Source of the DNA: Chrysomallon squamiferum
Lineage: Eukaryota > Animalia > Mollusca
Assembly (NCBI GenBank): GCA_012295275.1
Contig: CM022677.1
Span: 16,864,001 to 16,928,000, forward strand
Reading direction: 5' to 3'
Length of the DNA: 64,000 nucleotides
The position numbers were made by a program, and so were the translations under genes. Below, one piece after another: positions 12,496-26,734 of this stretch (position 1 is its first letter; each line of letters begins with the position of its first letter). Under the pieces are notes generated by a model. That model was not told the origin of the DNA. It did no database searches and saw nothing but the letters and a program-made list of their open reading frames with translations.

Positions 12496-14706
12496 TTCCT
12501 GCACCAACTCAGGTCCTGACCCCAGTTGTTTTGTTTTTATACGCGACAATAATTTTCTGTATGTAGCTTACAGGGGCCCTGCACGTGACACACATATCAG
12601 TAACAGCCAGAACGTCTTTATGTTTTCCCACTATGCGAATAAAAAGAAATACAATACATGCCGTGACAGTGGCTGGAACAGATGAACACTCAGGTTAAAT
12701 AAGAAGACACAGTTTCAGCCCTTTTTATTTATTTGTTGTTAAGGAGAGGTCAGATAAAGTGACGATAAATGTGCTGTTCATACAAACACGGTATGATAGG
12801 GTGGAAATTAAAAACGTACTTCACGGTGGCTACAAAGAGGTAGAATTGAGCAGATATAATAATACCTTTCAGGTATTTGATAGCAGGTGTTCCAAGCAGC
12901 TTTTTCATTCAGTTTCAGGTGCCTCGTATTTCAGAGATTAATGACTCGACTTTAGATGATCTTGTTACAGTGCAATGTAGAAGGATATATATCTATTTTT
13001 TTTTTTTTTTTTAATTATTATTATTATTTTTTTTTTTTTTGGTCTTACAAACACAGATAAACATATAGAGAATCTATGTTTTTCTGTATAAAGCTATGAT
13101 TAAATCTAAAGTATATTCCAAAAACAGATATTAAACGATTGAGCTATGTACGAGTTAACTCCCCTACAATTAAAAAAAAAAGAAATGAAAAGAAAGTGAA
13201 GTTTTAGTTAAAATCTAATCATAACCGTGACATCAAAACTAATTCTAACATGAATAAAACAATAACCTTAGCTTGAGTTATAATAGTTAATATTATCAGT
13301 GCATAACACAGCCGTATCTTGACAAAACGATTTTGTCGAATGTGATGTCAGTACCTTAATGCTAACCCTTCAAAAGACTAATCCTAAGTCGTAGCAAATT
13401 GTCAACAAATCATCTGTTAGTATGAAATAAGATCATTTATTCACCATCACGTACATAATTTGTAAAATATACAGCAAAACAGAAATCCGACAAAGAAAGA
13501 AGAAAATAAAAATAAGAAGCATTAATAAATAAATAAATAAATAAATAAATAAATAGCGAGAGAGATTTTATGAAGCACAGAATACAGACATGATGTACAA
13601 TGTTGTACAATCTATTCAATGCCTCTGCTTGCATATTTCTCGATACAACCATTACTCTTCTCTACTTGATTAAACTGCTACTTTTACTGAACACTTTTGA
13701 TATAATTGTAGAAACAGAAAAAGATGTACAAGTTTTCACTTGAATTTCTCTCTCGCAATACCAGTTTTTCTTTTAGGAGCTGATGTATTGTTTCCTGTCT
13801 CAAGAGAGGAAAGAAAAAGATAAGAAAAAACTAAGAAAAAATATACTTCACAAATGTATTCGTGTACCTGTATATATTTTACATTTTAAACAATTCAAAT
13901 ACAAAAATATATGAAATAAAGGATCCAATAACAGTTCTTAATTTCATGTTAGTAAACACATATATAATTCATAATAGTTTTAAAGTCATACAAAAAGTGA
14001 CAATATTTGATTTGATTTGTGACAAAATCTAAATAGACAATGTATGTTTTCTTATATATAATTATCATATTTAAATATTAGTATACTTCTTTTATGACAT
14101 GGCAATTAATTTACAGAAAAAAAGAAAAAGGAAACAATACAGAACTAAACCCAGAAATTATTTATAATTTCATTTTGAAGTAATACAGAGCTATCACAAT
14201 TTATTTAACATTTCATTTCATATTTTATATTTAAAAAGAAATAAAATAACAGTTCTTAATTTGATTTCTCATAAACACTGTATATTTATGTAACTTTAAC
14301 CGCAAGATATATAAACAAAGACAAAAAGAAAAAAAAAACCAATAGAGAAAGAAACAGTTATAATCATCTGCAATACAATTACAAACAGGTATATAATTTG
14401 TTTACATTTTCTTTAAAAAAGTATATATATAGTATATAATATATAGATATTAATACATGACAGTTTGAAAAATAATAAATTGATAGATTGATAAATCAAT
14501 AAATCAATAAATAAATAAACAAATGTGATGTTTATAAACATTTTCCACGTATGTTTGGTAGATATCGAAGAAAAGTTTCAAATCAAATCAAGTGTTTATG
14601 ACGTCATCCTGCTGTCTGACATTATCAGTAACACAAAATGTAAACGAATAAAAATAAAGAAACAAATAAATAAATATTCAAAAAAACAAACAAACGAAAA
14701 AACGCA

Positions 14707-15739
14707 TTATTTAAGTGATGACAAAAACATACAATATTTACAAGATTTTGTTTCGGGCACTGAAAATACCAAAGCAGGTATTTGTCCTCGTGTCACATCT
14801 GTAGAAAGTTTTCTTGTACTGAGATCAGATGGCTTTGACTCCGAAAAGCGACAAACAAAAGAGTCAACTTCAATTTCTGATTTACCATTGATTCCATAGC
14901 ATGTGCCTCCATCTCCTCCAGTAATAGTAACATACAAGCTGTACTGAGTGTCTTCAGTAATATGCAGTGAATCGTTGAACTCGACATAATACTCTCCAAA
15001 AACGTGTTCACAGCTCTTTTTCAGTTCAGACCCGGCAAGTATTGTGTCTATTCCTGTGACTGTGACTTTGACGAAGACGCTGACGTTGTAAGTGTGTTCA
15101 TCAGCGTTACCGTACAGTCGAAATCCACGAAGATAAGCTTCTTTGTTTACAGAAAAAGTAATGGCTTCATACTCTTTATCAGAACATGACCAGAAAGGAC
15201 GTATTATTCTATTGAACCGGTTTATTGTAACGATTGGACGAATTATTGCAGATGCCTGAATTCCTATGTTAGGACCCGGTTGATCATGCATCTCCCAGTG
15301 TCTATACATATTGTTTTTTACTATCACAAATTCCAAGCGATCCTGTGTCTCTGACTCTATGAAATACTTCTGATTGCGTAATTGATCGTCATTCGCGACC
15401 TCTCCCAGTGTTCCACGTCTGTTTACTCTTCTAGTCTGCTTTTCTGGGTTTTTTTCAAAAAATAATCCGTGACAAACGTCAGTAAAGTCATCCGACTTCA
15501 AAACTTCGTCGGCATTATCCAAAATGATAAGCAGAGCTCTTCTTCTTTGATTATGTTCATAAAACAGGTGAGCTTTTTCCAGCACGAAGCATGCTTTCTG
15601 CGACCAGCACAACGGAAACTTCGGCTTCAAATATTGAACACACTGCTCTTGTAATGTTGTGATAACGTACTTCCTCGATAAATGCAGCAGACAGGAGACG
15701 TTGTTCTTTGTTGTGACGACGGCATCCGTATAAAGATAG
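14707..15739 (-). CDS. BTB gene 1 terminal exon: BTB C-terminus, shortened BACK, PHR domain (BTBD3/6-like)
   Basis: cacatag| phase 2; YLYTDAVVTTKNNVSCLLHLSRKY is open into the 307-aa ORF. PHR motifs present: AITFSVNK, LRGFRLYG, TDVTRGQIPALVF. Confidence 0.92.
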
Positions 15740-15965
15740 CTATGTGAAAGAATATAGTAACACTTTAAAACAAGAGATAATTATGGGAGATTAATAAATT
15801 AGAAAATAATTAGATTACTAACAAAAACTGTATTGCTATCAACGCTTGTGTCTGTGTGTATGCATCCCTTCCTTACTGTGTTTGTACGTGTTTCCGTGTG
15901 TCTGTGTATGTGTGTGTAATTGTTCGTGTTCTTTTTAGTGAGAGTATGCGTATGCTTTAACATAC

Positions 15966-16223
15966 TTCAAAAAGTTTTCAAAATCGTCTTGCTTCATATC
16001 AGCTAATTTAAAGTCGTCTGGAACGTTTTTTTCTAATGTCTGATGGAAAACTTCGCTTCGTATCTTCAAAATAAAGCTATGTGCTTTAACAACTGTTTCA
16101 TTGTCGCCTATTCGAAATTCAATATCATTGTCTGTTTTGTTATTAAAAACGTATTTCAAACATTGAGTTAGTTTCCTTTCTGCCTGCCATGCTGAGGTTT
16201 CTGGTGAGGCGGCCACGTTTTCA
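15966..16223 (-). CDS. BTB gene 1 exon c (second BTB, N-terminal part)
   Basis: tctgtag| ... |gtatgt, 258 nt, phase 2-2; WQAERKLTQCLKYVFNNKTDNDIEFRIGDNETVVKAHSFILKIRSEVF. Confidence 0.9.
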
Positions 16224-17454
16224 CTACAGAAAAAATAAAATAAAACACAAACAAATAAAACAACAAAAAAACAACAACAAACAAACAAAACAAAGCAAAA
16301 CAAAAAAAAACCTATAAAAAGTGTAATAATAATAAGGACATAGGTTTGTGTCCGTCAAATCTGTTGTTAACAACTGTTGAGATAAAATAAGAGTAAGTCT
16401 GTAGTCACCGCGTCAGGACTACATATTTACAATTAGCTGGAAGTGCTATTTTATATAGACAATCCTATAAACAGAATAAAACGTGCCAGCTACTGTTTCA
16501 CTTTCCCGTTTGATCTGTATACGACTTCTTTTTTCTTTTTCCCTTTTCTGTTATTATTATTAAACAAGTTTGATGTTGAAAAATATGACTTAAAACAGAG
16601 CAGCTTTGTAAGTCTCATGAAAAGCCACTACGATACAAATGCATGAATATAAAGCAATGAAAACCAGCGAAGTGATAATTTACTGGCCCTTAGGACACTT
16701 TTATAGTAATGCTATTCACATAGAAAATAAATTATAAGTACACCTTAATTTGCTCGCTGTATTGCGTATTATAATAATCCATTAAATGATTTAATAAAAG
16801 TCATAGGACTATAGTAAGTTTTATTGACAATTCAGATAAGGGGGAGGGCTTCAGTGTGTGGAGGGCTTCAGTGTGAACAAATGGTGTAGAAAATAGGATA
16901 TGGCGCACATAACTACGGTAGTTTTAAGTGTGTTTCAAACAGGTTTTTCTTTGAGAATAAAATTTTATGCATTTCAGAGATTAATGAGTCATAGAGAACA
17001 GCATTTATTCATGACACTTTTTAAACAGGCTGTTATTTTAACAGGATGATATTCTTACATGAAAATATTTACAGGAATTACTAATCTTAACATTAAAAAT
17101 AATGTTAAATCAAAGCTAACACCAACTCTGAATTAACCCTTATTGCAAATTCAACAACGTTTCTGATATTACTTACCTGAATGTTAGCTCTGCATCTGTT
17201 CACATAAACCTATGATTAACATTCTCGTTAAATTTAATCTGACAGCCTATCAGTAGCCTAAACCCTAATTCTAACACCACCTCGCTATTCCCCTTAATGT
17301 TAACCCATCACAGATCTTAATATTATCCAACCACAATTCTGGACGGAACATAATTTCACCAAAGTATGTCCGGTACAGACTTATGGTTGGATGATGTTAT
17401 ATAAAAACATAACTAATTAACTATCTAAATAAAAAAATAAAAAATAAATACTAT

Positions 17455-17533
<79 letters not shown>

Positions 17534-17585
17534 AATAAGTAAATAAGTAAATAAATATATATATTTTTTGTAATCTTATGCATAC

Positions 17586-17729
17586 AGATGCTCGGTGAAG
17601 TCTTTCGACGACGACTTCATAAAATTCACACACTGCTTTTCTAGTGTTCTGATGATGTACTTCCTCGATAGATTCAGAAGATCGGAGACGTTGTTGTCTG
17701 TTAGGTCGACGTCATCCGTATAAAGATAT
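17586..17729 (-). CDS. BTB gene 1 exon b (first BTB, C-terminal part)
   Basis: tacacag| ... |gtatgc, 144 nt, phase 2-2; YLYTDDVDLTDNNVSDLLNLSRKYIIRTLEKQCVNFMKSSSKDFTEH. Confidence 0.85.
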
Positions 17730-17956
17730 CTGTGTAAAATAATGTATAGTAAGACTTTAAAACGAGAGATAGTGATGGAAGATTTATTAATTAGAAAATA
17801 ATTAAATTACTAACAAAAGTTATTGTTATCAATGTTCGTGTCTGTATGTACGAATCTCTTCCTCACTTTGTTCGTACAGGTGTTTACTTGTGTCTGTGTT
17901 TGTGTTTGTTTCGTGTTTGTGTGTAGATGTTCTTGTTTTTTCTTTTCGTGTGTGTT

Positions 17957-18018
<62 letters not shown>

Positions 18019-18045
18019 TGTGTGTGTGTGTGTGCTTTAACATAC

Positions 18046-18296
18046 TTCAAAAATTCTTCAAAAACTTCTTGCTGCATATCAGCTAATTTAAAGTCGTCTG
18101 GAACAGGGTTTTTTAATATCTGATTGAAAACTTCGCTTCGTATCTTCAAAACAAAGCTATGTGCTTCAACAACTGTTTCATTGTCGCCTATCCGAAATTT
18201 AATATCACTGTCTGTTTTGTTATCAAAAACGTATTTCAAACATTCTGGTAATGTCTTTCCTGCCTGCCATGTTGACGTTGGATCTGAGCTGGCCAT
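18046..18296 (-). CDS. BTB gene 1 first coding exon (first BTB, N-terminal part)
   Basis: Acceptor just before 18303, ATG at 18296; MASSDPTSTWQAGKTLPECLKYVFDNKTDSDIKFRIG...AHSFVLKIRSEVF...FEEFLK|gtatgt. Confidence 0.9.
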
Positions 18297-18943
18297 GTTT
18301 AGACTACATAAAAAAAAAAAAAAAAAAAAAAAAGGAAAGAAAGAAAGAAAGAAAGCCAAACAATAATAATAATAAAAATAGGAATAGGGACAGAAAGGGA
18401 AAAACTAATTATTCGAACATAGAACTGTAACAATTCATACAGATAATAAATAAATAAATAAATAAATAAGATTGAAAAAAATAAAATAAAATAAAAGGAA
18501 AGAAAAAAAAAAAAAAAACAAAACAACAATAACAAAAACAATAATAATAATAATAAATATAAGTGTACATGTCTTACTTCTCTAATCTGTATATCAAAGT
18601 ATTTATTTATTTATTTATTAACAATAGCGTTGTTGTTTTTATTTTGCTTTTTGTTGTTTTGGGATAAAGGTTTTTTATTTTTACTTTACTGTTTTATTTA
18701 TTTTTTGATATTTTTTATTATTGTTGTTTTGTTTTTGTTTTGTTTTTTCTCCTGTGGCGAAGTAATTCATACATAGATGAAATGTAATTATATATATATA
18801 TATAGTGTGCTACTTTTCGTCAGGTACTTTAATAAGGGTAATTAATATCCTAAACAATCCTTTATGTCCCGGTTAAGAATATTTCATGTCTAGACAACCA
18901 ATGTTCAGATCGTGATATAAGTACTTTTACACACACATACACC

Positions 18944-19030
<87 letters not shown>

Positions 19031-19093
19031 CAAATAAAATAAAATAAAATAAAACAATATAAAATACATTGTAGTTTCATTATTGCAGCCAAC

Positions 19094-19155
19094 CTGAAAA
19101 GTCCTGATTGATAATTCCTTAGAAGATTTCCATTTAATGGTTAAACTATTGATCA
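19094..19155 (-). other. Putative 5' UTR exon of BTB gene 1 (homologues at 45705-45780 and 51936-52011)
   Basis: ctcctcag| ... cag|gttggc here; the homologues have tttttag| ... cag|gtaggc. Confidence 0.4.
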
Positions 19156-19541
19156 CTGAGGAGAAGAACGTAAAAATAAATAAAATTAAATTAAATAAAT
19201 AAAATTAAATAAAACAGATTATAAAAAAGTGTGGCATACTTTTTCAAGTAGCACATAGAATTACAATAGAATGATGACGAATATGTTGACCATGATGATA
19301 TTGATAATTATGATGATGATGATGATGATGATAATAATAATGGAATTAATTTAACGCTACTATTACTAAGATTACTAGTATCACTATTACCACTACCACT
19401 ACATATTTATTACAAAAAGTATTATCATTATTTGTATTTATTATTTTATTTTTTGTTATCCTCCGGGAACCACAGATTCGGAAATGAGATGTAACTAAAA
19501 AAAAACAAAAAAAAAAAAACATTTATTATTATTATTATTAT

Positions 19542-19629
<88 letters not shown>
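19542..19629. repeat. (TAG)n microsatellite
   Basis: Long perfect trinucleotide run; one of many AAT/TAG/CA/AG runs in the window. Confidence 0.95.
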
Positions 19630-19630
<1 letters not shown>

Positions 19631-20418
19631 TTTATTTATTTATTTATTTATTTATTCATTCATTTATTGTAGTAAAAAATGTTATACTAGTAACCAATTC
19701 TGTTAGTTTTATGTTATTTTTAATTTAGAATTCACATTCGCACTATAGGCAATATGTGCAAGATAATGGCTGAACTCGTAAAATATTTATACAAAATGCT
19801 TTTTAGTTTTAACTTTTTTTGGAGAAAACACGTCTCCCAAAATATGACCTAGGGAACATGGGTTAGTTGCATATTTTCAAAATGGCGACCTCCTCAAATT
19901 TCAGAGTTCTTACTGGTTGAGTATAAACGCTGTAAACGAATATCCAACATACACAAACATACACAAACGGGGATAAATTTAAAACCAAATAACCTTTCTT
20001 TTGTACAATTTAATTCCACTGAAGAAAAGTAAGTTAACAAAAGTGCACATTTAATATAATGACATCATGGTAAAGATACATTTAAAAACTATTTTTCTGA
20101 GGGTTTTTAAATATATTTTTCAGAAGGTAGTCTCGTGACCATGCTATCATGTTACAGATATGTTTGTATCTGATGTAGGTCAGATGAGAATACAAGTATA
20201 CCCGAGTGTTGTTTACGACAATCTGACAAGGTCATTGTTAAATCTACTCTTAAACCAACTCTAATACCAACCCTGAATTAGTTCTAAATGCAACAACGTT
20301 TCTCATATTACTTACATGAATCTTAACTCTACGTCTGCTTACCTAAACATTTTCATAATTTTATCTCAAAGTCAAATAATATCGATATTATTATTAATAA
20401 AAATACGAAATTCCTACA

Positions 20419-20465
<47 letters not shown>

Positions 20466-20667
20466 ACATAATTTATGGACAGTTCTGACAAACCTGTTAG
20501 ATATCTAAAAACGGGTTTAACAAAATTCACCCAAATATTTATTGCACTGATGAAATATATTAGATGAAATATAATGCTGATTTGTTTTAAGCAGATAATA
20601 GCACGACATAAAATAAATCGCAACGAAATATAAATACCTGCAAATTTAAAAATTGCCGGCTGCAGAT

Positions 20668-20871
20668 CTGAAACACCTCCTTCTTGGTGAGTAGTAATAC
20701 CTGGAACTGAGAACTTTCTGTTTGACAAGGTCACTGAAACACTTCCTTCTTGGTGAGTAGTTATACCTGGAACTGAGAACTTTCTGTTTGACAAGGTCAC
20801 TGAAACACTTCCTTCTTGGTGAGTAGTTATACCTGGAACTGAGAACTTTCTGTTTGACAAGGTCACTGAAA
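20668..20871. repeat. 66-bp tandem repeat x3 upstream of BTB gene 1
   Basis: ctgaaacac recurs at 20668, 20734 and 20800, with a partial fourth start at 20866. Confidence 0.95.
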
Positions 20872-21437
20872 TACTTTCTGTGTGTGGCTGCTGAGAAAGT
20901 CGTGATAAACACGTGACTGAAATTAGATACATCAAAAATTGCGCAACTTGTCACGGTACAGTTTGTGCAGTGTAATGTAACGTATAGTTTAAAACCTGTT
21001 AAAGAAACAAACAGTTATAAATCTGTCATTCCTTATTTTGTCTGTGAAATAGTTATCTTTTTTTTCTCAGAAAGTGTATTTATGAAAAGTTATCGTTAAC
21101 TGTTATGTAGGTCAGATGAAAAAAAAAATTAATAATGTTTTAATAGTTCTGACGACAAGAAGCGTTATAGTAGAATCGTTTAAACTGATACGTTTTTTCT
21201 ATGTACATACTCTGAGTCAAAGTGATCTAAACACAGACGTTACAAATACCACCTTTATTTTTTTTAGTATTTGTTTTTAATTATTATTTATTTATCTGTT
21301 TCACTTATTCCTTTTTAATTTATATACTGGTATTTTTGTTTGTTTGTTTCTTTCATTTTCTTTTCTTTTCTTTCCTTTTCTTTTATTTCACTACAAAAAA
21401 TACAGTATAATATACAATACAGTTAATACGTGCTAAC

Positions 21438-21530
<93 letters not shown>

Positions 21531-22723
21531 AAAATTAAAATAAAATTAATGTCTCAAAATATAGAACTGTACAAAATATCATTAAAAACGACGACAGTAT
21601 CAATAATAATCATAATAATAACAACAACAACATAAAAGAAAATAGGAAGAACATGTATAATTATTAATTTACAACTATATGACTTCCAAATCGCTAATAG
21701 AACTACATTAAAATTATGACGAATATGACCATGATGATGATGATGAAGATGATGATAATGAAAATATTTTAACACTATTACAAATACTACTACTATGATG
21801 CTGCTACAGCTACTACTACTGCCATTTCTACTATTTGATGCACTGGTACTATTGCAAGTACTGCTTTTATCATAATTATATAATTGTATTTATTTATGTA
21901 TTTTATTTTTGTCGGGGAGTAATAGACCACAGAAATCCGATGTAATTAAGAAAATGTCACACAATGACAATGATAAAATACAACACAGGATTAGTTATGG
22001 CTGATGCAATAGACAGAAATATTCTAAATCTTAACAAAATATGAAACACCTACAAATGTCAAGTACGTCCTTGTCTCTGACTGGTCTTACTGGAACTGAT
22101 ACGTTTCTGTTTGACAAGGTCACTGAAATGTATCCTGCGTTTGTTGTTAGTAACATCGTTTGCTCGTAAAAACATCTCTGAAATCTAATATCGTACAAGT
22201 CACTCTAGAAGGGTAGGACCGCTGTATTATGTTTTCCATTCTAATGTCGATATCAGTTTAATTGTTATGTGCTTCTGTTGACGAAGCAACTGACATTGCT
22301 GAAAATGTGAATGTGACACTCTAAGGTAATTTAATAAGGGGCAGATTTGTTTTTAATTTTTTTTTTTTTTTTTGACTTTTTGACTTTTTCCCCCACGGGA
22401 CTTGTAAAACATTTTTAAACGTAATTTACAATATTTATTTATTTATAGACACAGACATACAAACATAAACATACTGGCAGATGTACACGGAAATAAAAAG
22501 CAGTATATTTTATCTTTCAAAAATATATTAACAGCTTTATGTCACATACTCTGTATGTGAGAAACAAGCCGTAAAAATGCAGTTGGTTGAAATGTTAAGC
22601 ATTTAATTCTGGCTTACGTTTCTTTCTTTTACCTGTTGGTATGTGTGATTTGATTCTGAATGTGTGACTGGGAAAATGTGTATGTCTATGGCGTATGTTT
22701 GTGATGATTTTCTTTATTTGTAA

Positions 22724-22786
<63 letters not shown>

Positions 22787-22859
22787 AGTATTCTAGAGCA
22801 TATTACATATGTAGTATTTCATAATAAATACAGTTTCATATTACTATATCATAAAAGAA

Positions 22860-23100
22860 AATTAATGTGTTTCCAAACAGATTTATAATTTTTATTCATT
22901 CATTTATTTGTTTATTTTTCATCAAAAAGCTTCTTTTTAACAATTTTAATCTAAAAGCTTGTCTATTCAAGCCAATATTTGGGAAATTAAGAACTTCGTT
23001 ATTAGCTTCTCCAATTACTGTGTTACATTTTGTTTGAAATATTCTTTCATCCCATAAAAAATCTAAAATTAACTTTTTCAATTTTAATTTTGCCCATTTT
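22860..23100 (-). mobile_element. L1/Tx1-like LINE ORF2 fragment (region after RT)
   Basis: KKLILDFLWDERIFQTKCNTVIGEANNEVLNFPNI...AFRLKLLKR resembles the FlW....ik...l.....gGL..pdi...a.klkw.kr segment of L1/Tx1 ORF2. Confidence 0.6.
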
Positions 23101-23488
23101 CAAAATTCATCGTTCTAAAAGCGTATTGATAACTACAGACCTACCACGCAACGCTAGTTTACGCATTTAATAAACTATGCAAACGTTCGCAAACTATAAC
23201 GTATAAAATAGCAGGTAATCGACATTTTCTAAGAGAAATTCTATTTCAAAGAATTTAGATAAATGACCGGTAATTTTTAAAGCACTGAAAAAAAAATATA
23301 ATGTGACACTCCGTCAAATACTTTCTCAAAGCCAATATTTAGGTTATAATCTCATATTTACTGTAATTTATGTCTGCTATCGCTGCAATATTTTCTGATA
23401 TATATATATATATACGTACATATATATATATATATATATGTACGTATGTTTATATCAATCTATTTATCCACAAATTTGTTTATGTAGG

Positions 23489-23593
<105 letters not shown>

Positions 23594-23989
23594 AAATATA
23601 TGCCATGGATACTCACATCATCTGAAACACCGTAGAAAAACCAATAATTATATGATATACACTTTAATCAGCTGCTTTTTGTTATTTTTTTCTCTCACAT
23701 ATTCTGAATGTTACTCTATTGTGAGATGAAATTGTTAATATAATTTTGATATATAAAAAACACTGTTTTGTCTTTATTACTGTGTTATGCGAACATGTAT
23801 TCTATTGCTTTTACGTTTGCTAATTCTTTTGTAACCTTGTGTGTATGTATGTGTGTATGTGTGTGTCTATGTATCTGAAGTTAGTGTTTATTCCTATACA
23901 CATCCGTGCGGACTTCAGCACTCGCAGCTGTGAAATAAAATATTTAACAGCAAATACACTAAAAACATATGTTTTGGCTTAGTTTGATC

Positions 23990-24037
<48 letters not shown>

Positions 24038-24566
24038 CACAATAATAATAATAAATAAAATTATACAAAACGTAGCATAATATATAAATAAGGCTGAGTT
24101 TTAAAATGACAGATTCCGGGTCATGTAAGATATAAACTGTCATTTGCTGACACATAGTTTCTTAAAAAAAAAAAAATGATAATAATATTAATAATAATAA
24201 TAATAATAATTTCAGGTCAAGCACCTAAATGACACGTGAATAATTTGCTTTTTACATGTAAATATGACCTCTAATGCATTCATAGTGGAAATAATATATA
24301 TATATATGTTTTCAAAAATGTACTTAGAAATGTTTGTTGTGGAGTTTTCACAGAGTAATGTGTCCATATTACGGTACCAGGAGAATAACTGTTATATTTG
24401 TGTTTAAAGAGTTTCCATCATGCATTGTTTGGTGCCAAAATTAATTATAGCCAGTGAATAAGAGAAACTGACAGAAATTGTGATCGAGTGTGGTAATGGT
24501 TAAAAAAGACAATTAAACAAAACAGAAAAAAAAAAAAAACAACAACAACAACAACAACAAACAAAC

Positions 24567-24950
24567 AATAACGGATATAACCACCTCTTGAATTGACCAC
24601 TGCAGTGAATCACAGGTGCATAGAATTGACTAAAGTTTTGATTTCTGACACTGGAATACTGTTCCATTCTTGAATGAGCGCTAGGCGAAGTTTGTTGATG
24701 GGTTTGGTTCGATTACGAACAGTTTGCCCACTGATTCGGTCAGTATGAAGCCCTGGTGTGTGAGCAGCAGTAACAGTGGCAGAATCTATAGTGTTCATGA
24801 TATAGCATGCGTTGAAACACGAGGACGTCCACGAAGTAGTGGTATCGCTCGACTGGAACTCCCAACACGCCTTGCAACGTCTTCTGCCGACAAGCCAGCA
24901 TCAAGCATGCCAACTGCCGTTTCGCGTAAATTATTGGGAATTTTTGGCGT
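24567..24950 (-). mobile_element. Tc1-family transposase relic with the DDE core deleted
   Basis: PKIPNNLRETAVGMLDAGLSAEDVARRVG...RGRPRVST, then ISGQTVRNR fused directly to LRLALIQEWNSIPVSEIKTLVNSM...AVVNSRGGYIRY. Confidence 0.88.
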
Positions 24951-26734
24951 ACCAAAAATTCTACAATGTAAAAAACGTTTTTTTTATTTTTTTTATTTTT
25001 TTTATTATTTTTTTCACAATTTTTATTATTATTATTAGTATTATTAGTATTAGTATTATTACAAGAACTACTACTATTATTACAACTCAATCAGAACGAA
25101 CATTTAATGCAATACAATGATACAATCTATTACTTCATACATTTGGAACTATATTACCTACCTCCAACAAACACGCAATAAAATGAATAACTTTCACCAT
25201 TACTACATTTATTATTATTATACCAGTATTGTCATTACTACTACTACTAGTAATACTACTGTTACTGCCAGTACTTATGTCATTATTATCTTTCGACTTT
25301 TATTTCAAATTCTTGGTACAGCTTTTACTCTCTTCTCAGAAAGAGAATCCTACTATGTGATATCTTTCAAAAACAACAACAAACAACAACAACAACACAA
25401 CAACCGAATAATATAAGTATATGTCTCCATTTAAACAAATAATATTGTCCATCTGCTATTACTACTACTGTAATTACAAATTCTGATTCTAATTCTAGGT
25501 CGTAGAACTACTTTTTATTGCTCTTCTGAATCCTTAAAATGTATTTGCTGATTTTGATCTTAGAATTACACTTTTATCAGAAAGAGTTTATTTTTAAATG
25601 GGATGCACAGACATAGATTTAATTTATTAAATTTTTCGAGCGTTGATAAGATCACACAACACAGTATTCAGTGACAGATGAAGAAACTCCTCTGTATCAG
25701 GAATAAGAAGAGACATCTCAAACGATTAATCATTATTACCTCTGCTGTTACAGCCACTACCATTATAACTGCTACTACGATTATTACTAGTAAGACCGCA
25801 CTTATTATTATTATTATTCCTAGAAGAATTTGCTGCCTCTTCTTAGTGAAAACACTAGAAAGAACAAATGAAAAAATATAAATATAGATACATACTCAGT
25901 TCTGAATGTACAAGTGATAATAAGAAAAATAAAATAAGATATCGTAACAATAAATACGTTCGGCACAACTCGGTATTGCTAATATCACTTCTGTTGTTTT
26001 CTATTATATGAAAAATAAATAATGTAGAAACTAGTGGTTTACTCCTCTTGATTTTAATGTGATCTGCAGCATTCTATACGCAACAGATCAAAAACTGCAT
26101 TAAGACGTATCTGACAAAACTGTAAATTGCTTATATGTATAATTGAGACTGAGTGCGATTGTGTATTTGTGTGACTAAATGTTTGCCGGCAAGTAGACGT
26201 AAATAGTTTTAATCATCTTGCATGACGACGGGTCGTTATGATTTTCAGGCATTTCGCATATTGCTTTATGATGGCATATGTTAATAACGTGACTTTATCG
26301 TTACAACACATCGCATCATGAATTAGGAAAATGTTCGATCACATGTGAAAAATCTCCTCTTTTCATTGCCTGAAAAACTATGTTGCTATGGTTGCAATAC
26401 CATTGATGATCATTAAATGTTATCATTTCTAAAAATAATACACGAAGATTCTGCTGATGCATAGTTCTTTCTTGTTGCATACTCTAGTGATAATAAAATA
26501 CTACTACAATTACTAATACGATACTACCACTACTATTTTTGTTATTTAATTTTTGACTTTTTTTTATGTAGTTCTTAGTGATACTTTCTGTCTTGTTGCA
26601 GAAAGCATCACAGTGTGTGATTTATATGAATAAATCATTAATACTAATCAAGCCATTTCAAGCAATGACGTCATCAACACCAGGGAAAACAAATATTATC
26701 AAAAATAACAAGTCAAAGTCACAGCACATTTCAT

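Noticed and set aside
20414-20935. 173-aa ORF with 22-aa repeats
   Set aside because: Open only because the 66-bp unit is a multiple of 3; non-ATG start and no recognisable domain.
26380-26400. gttgctatggttgc as an RFX X-box
   Set aside because: Only a half match and no associated promoter evidence.
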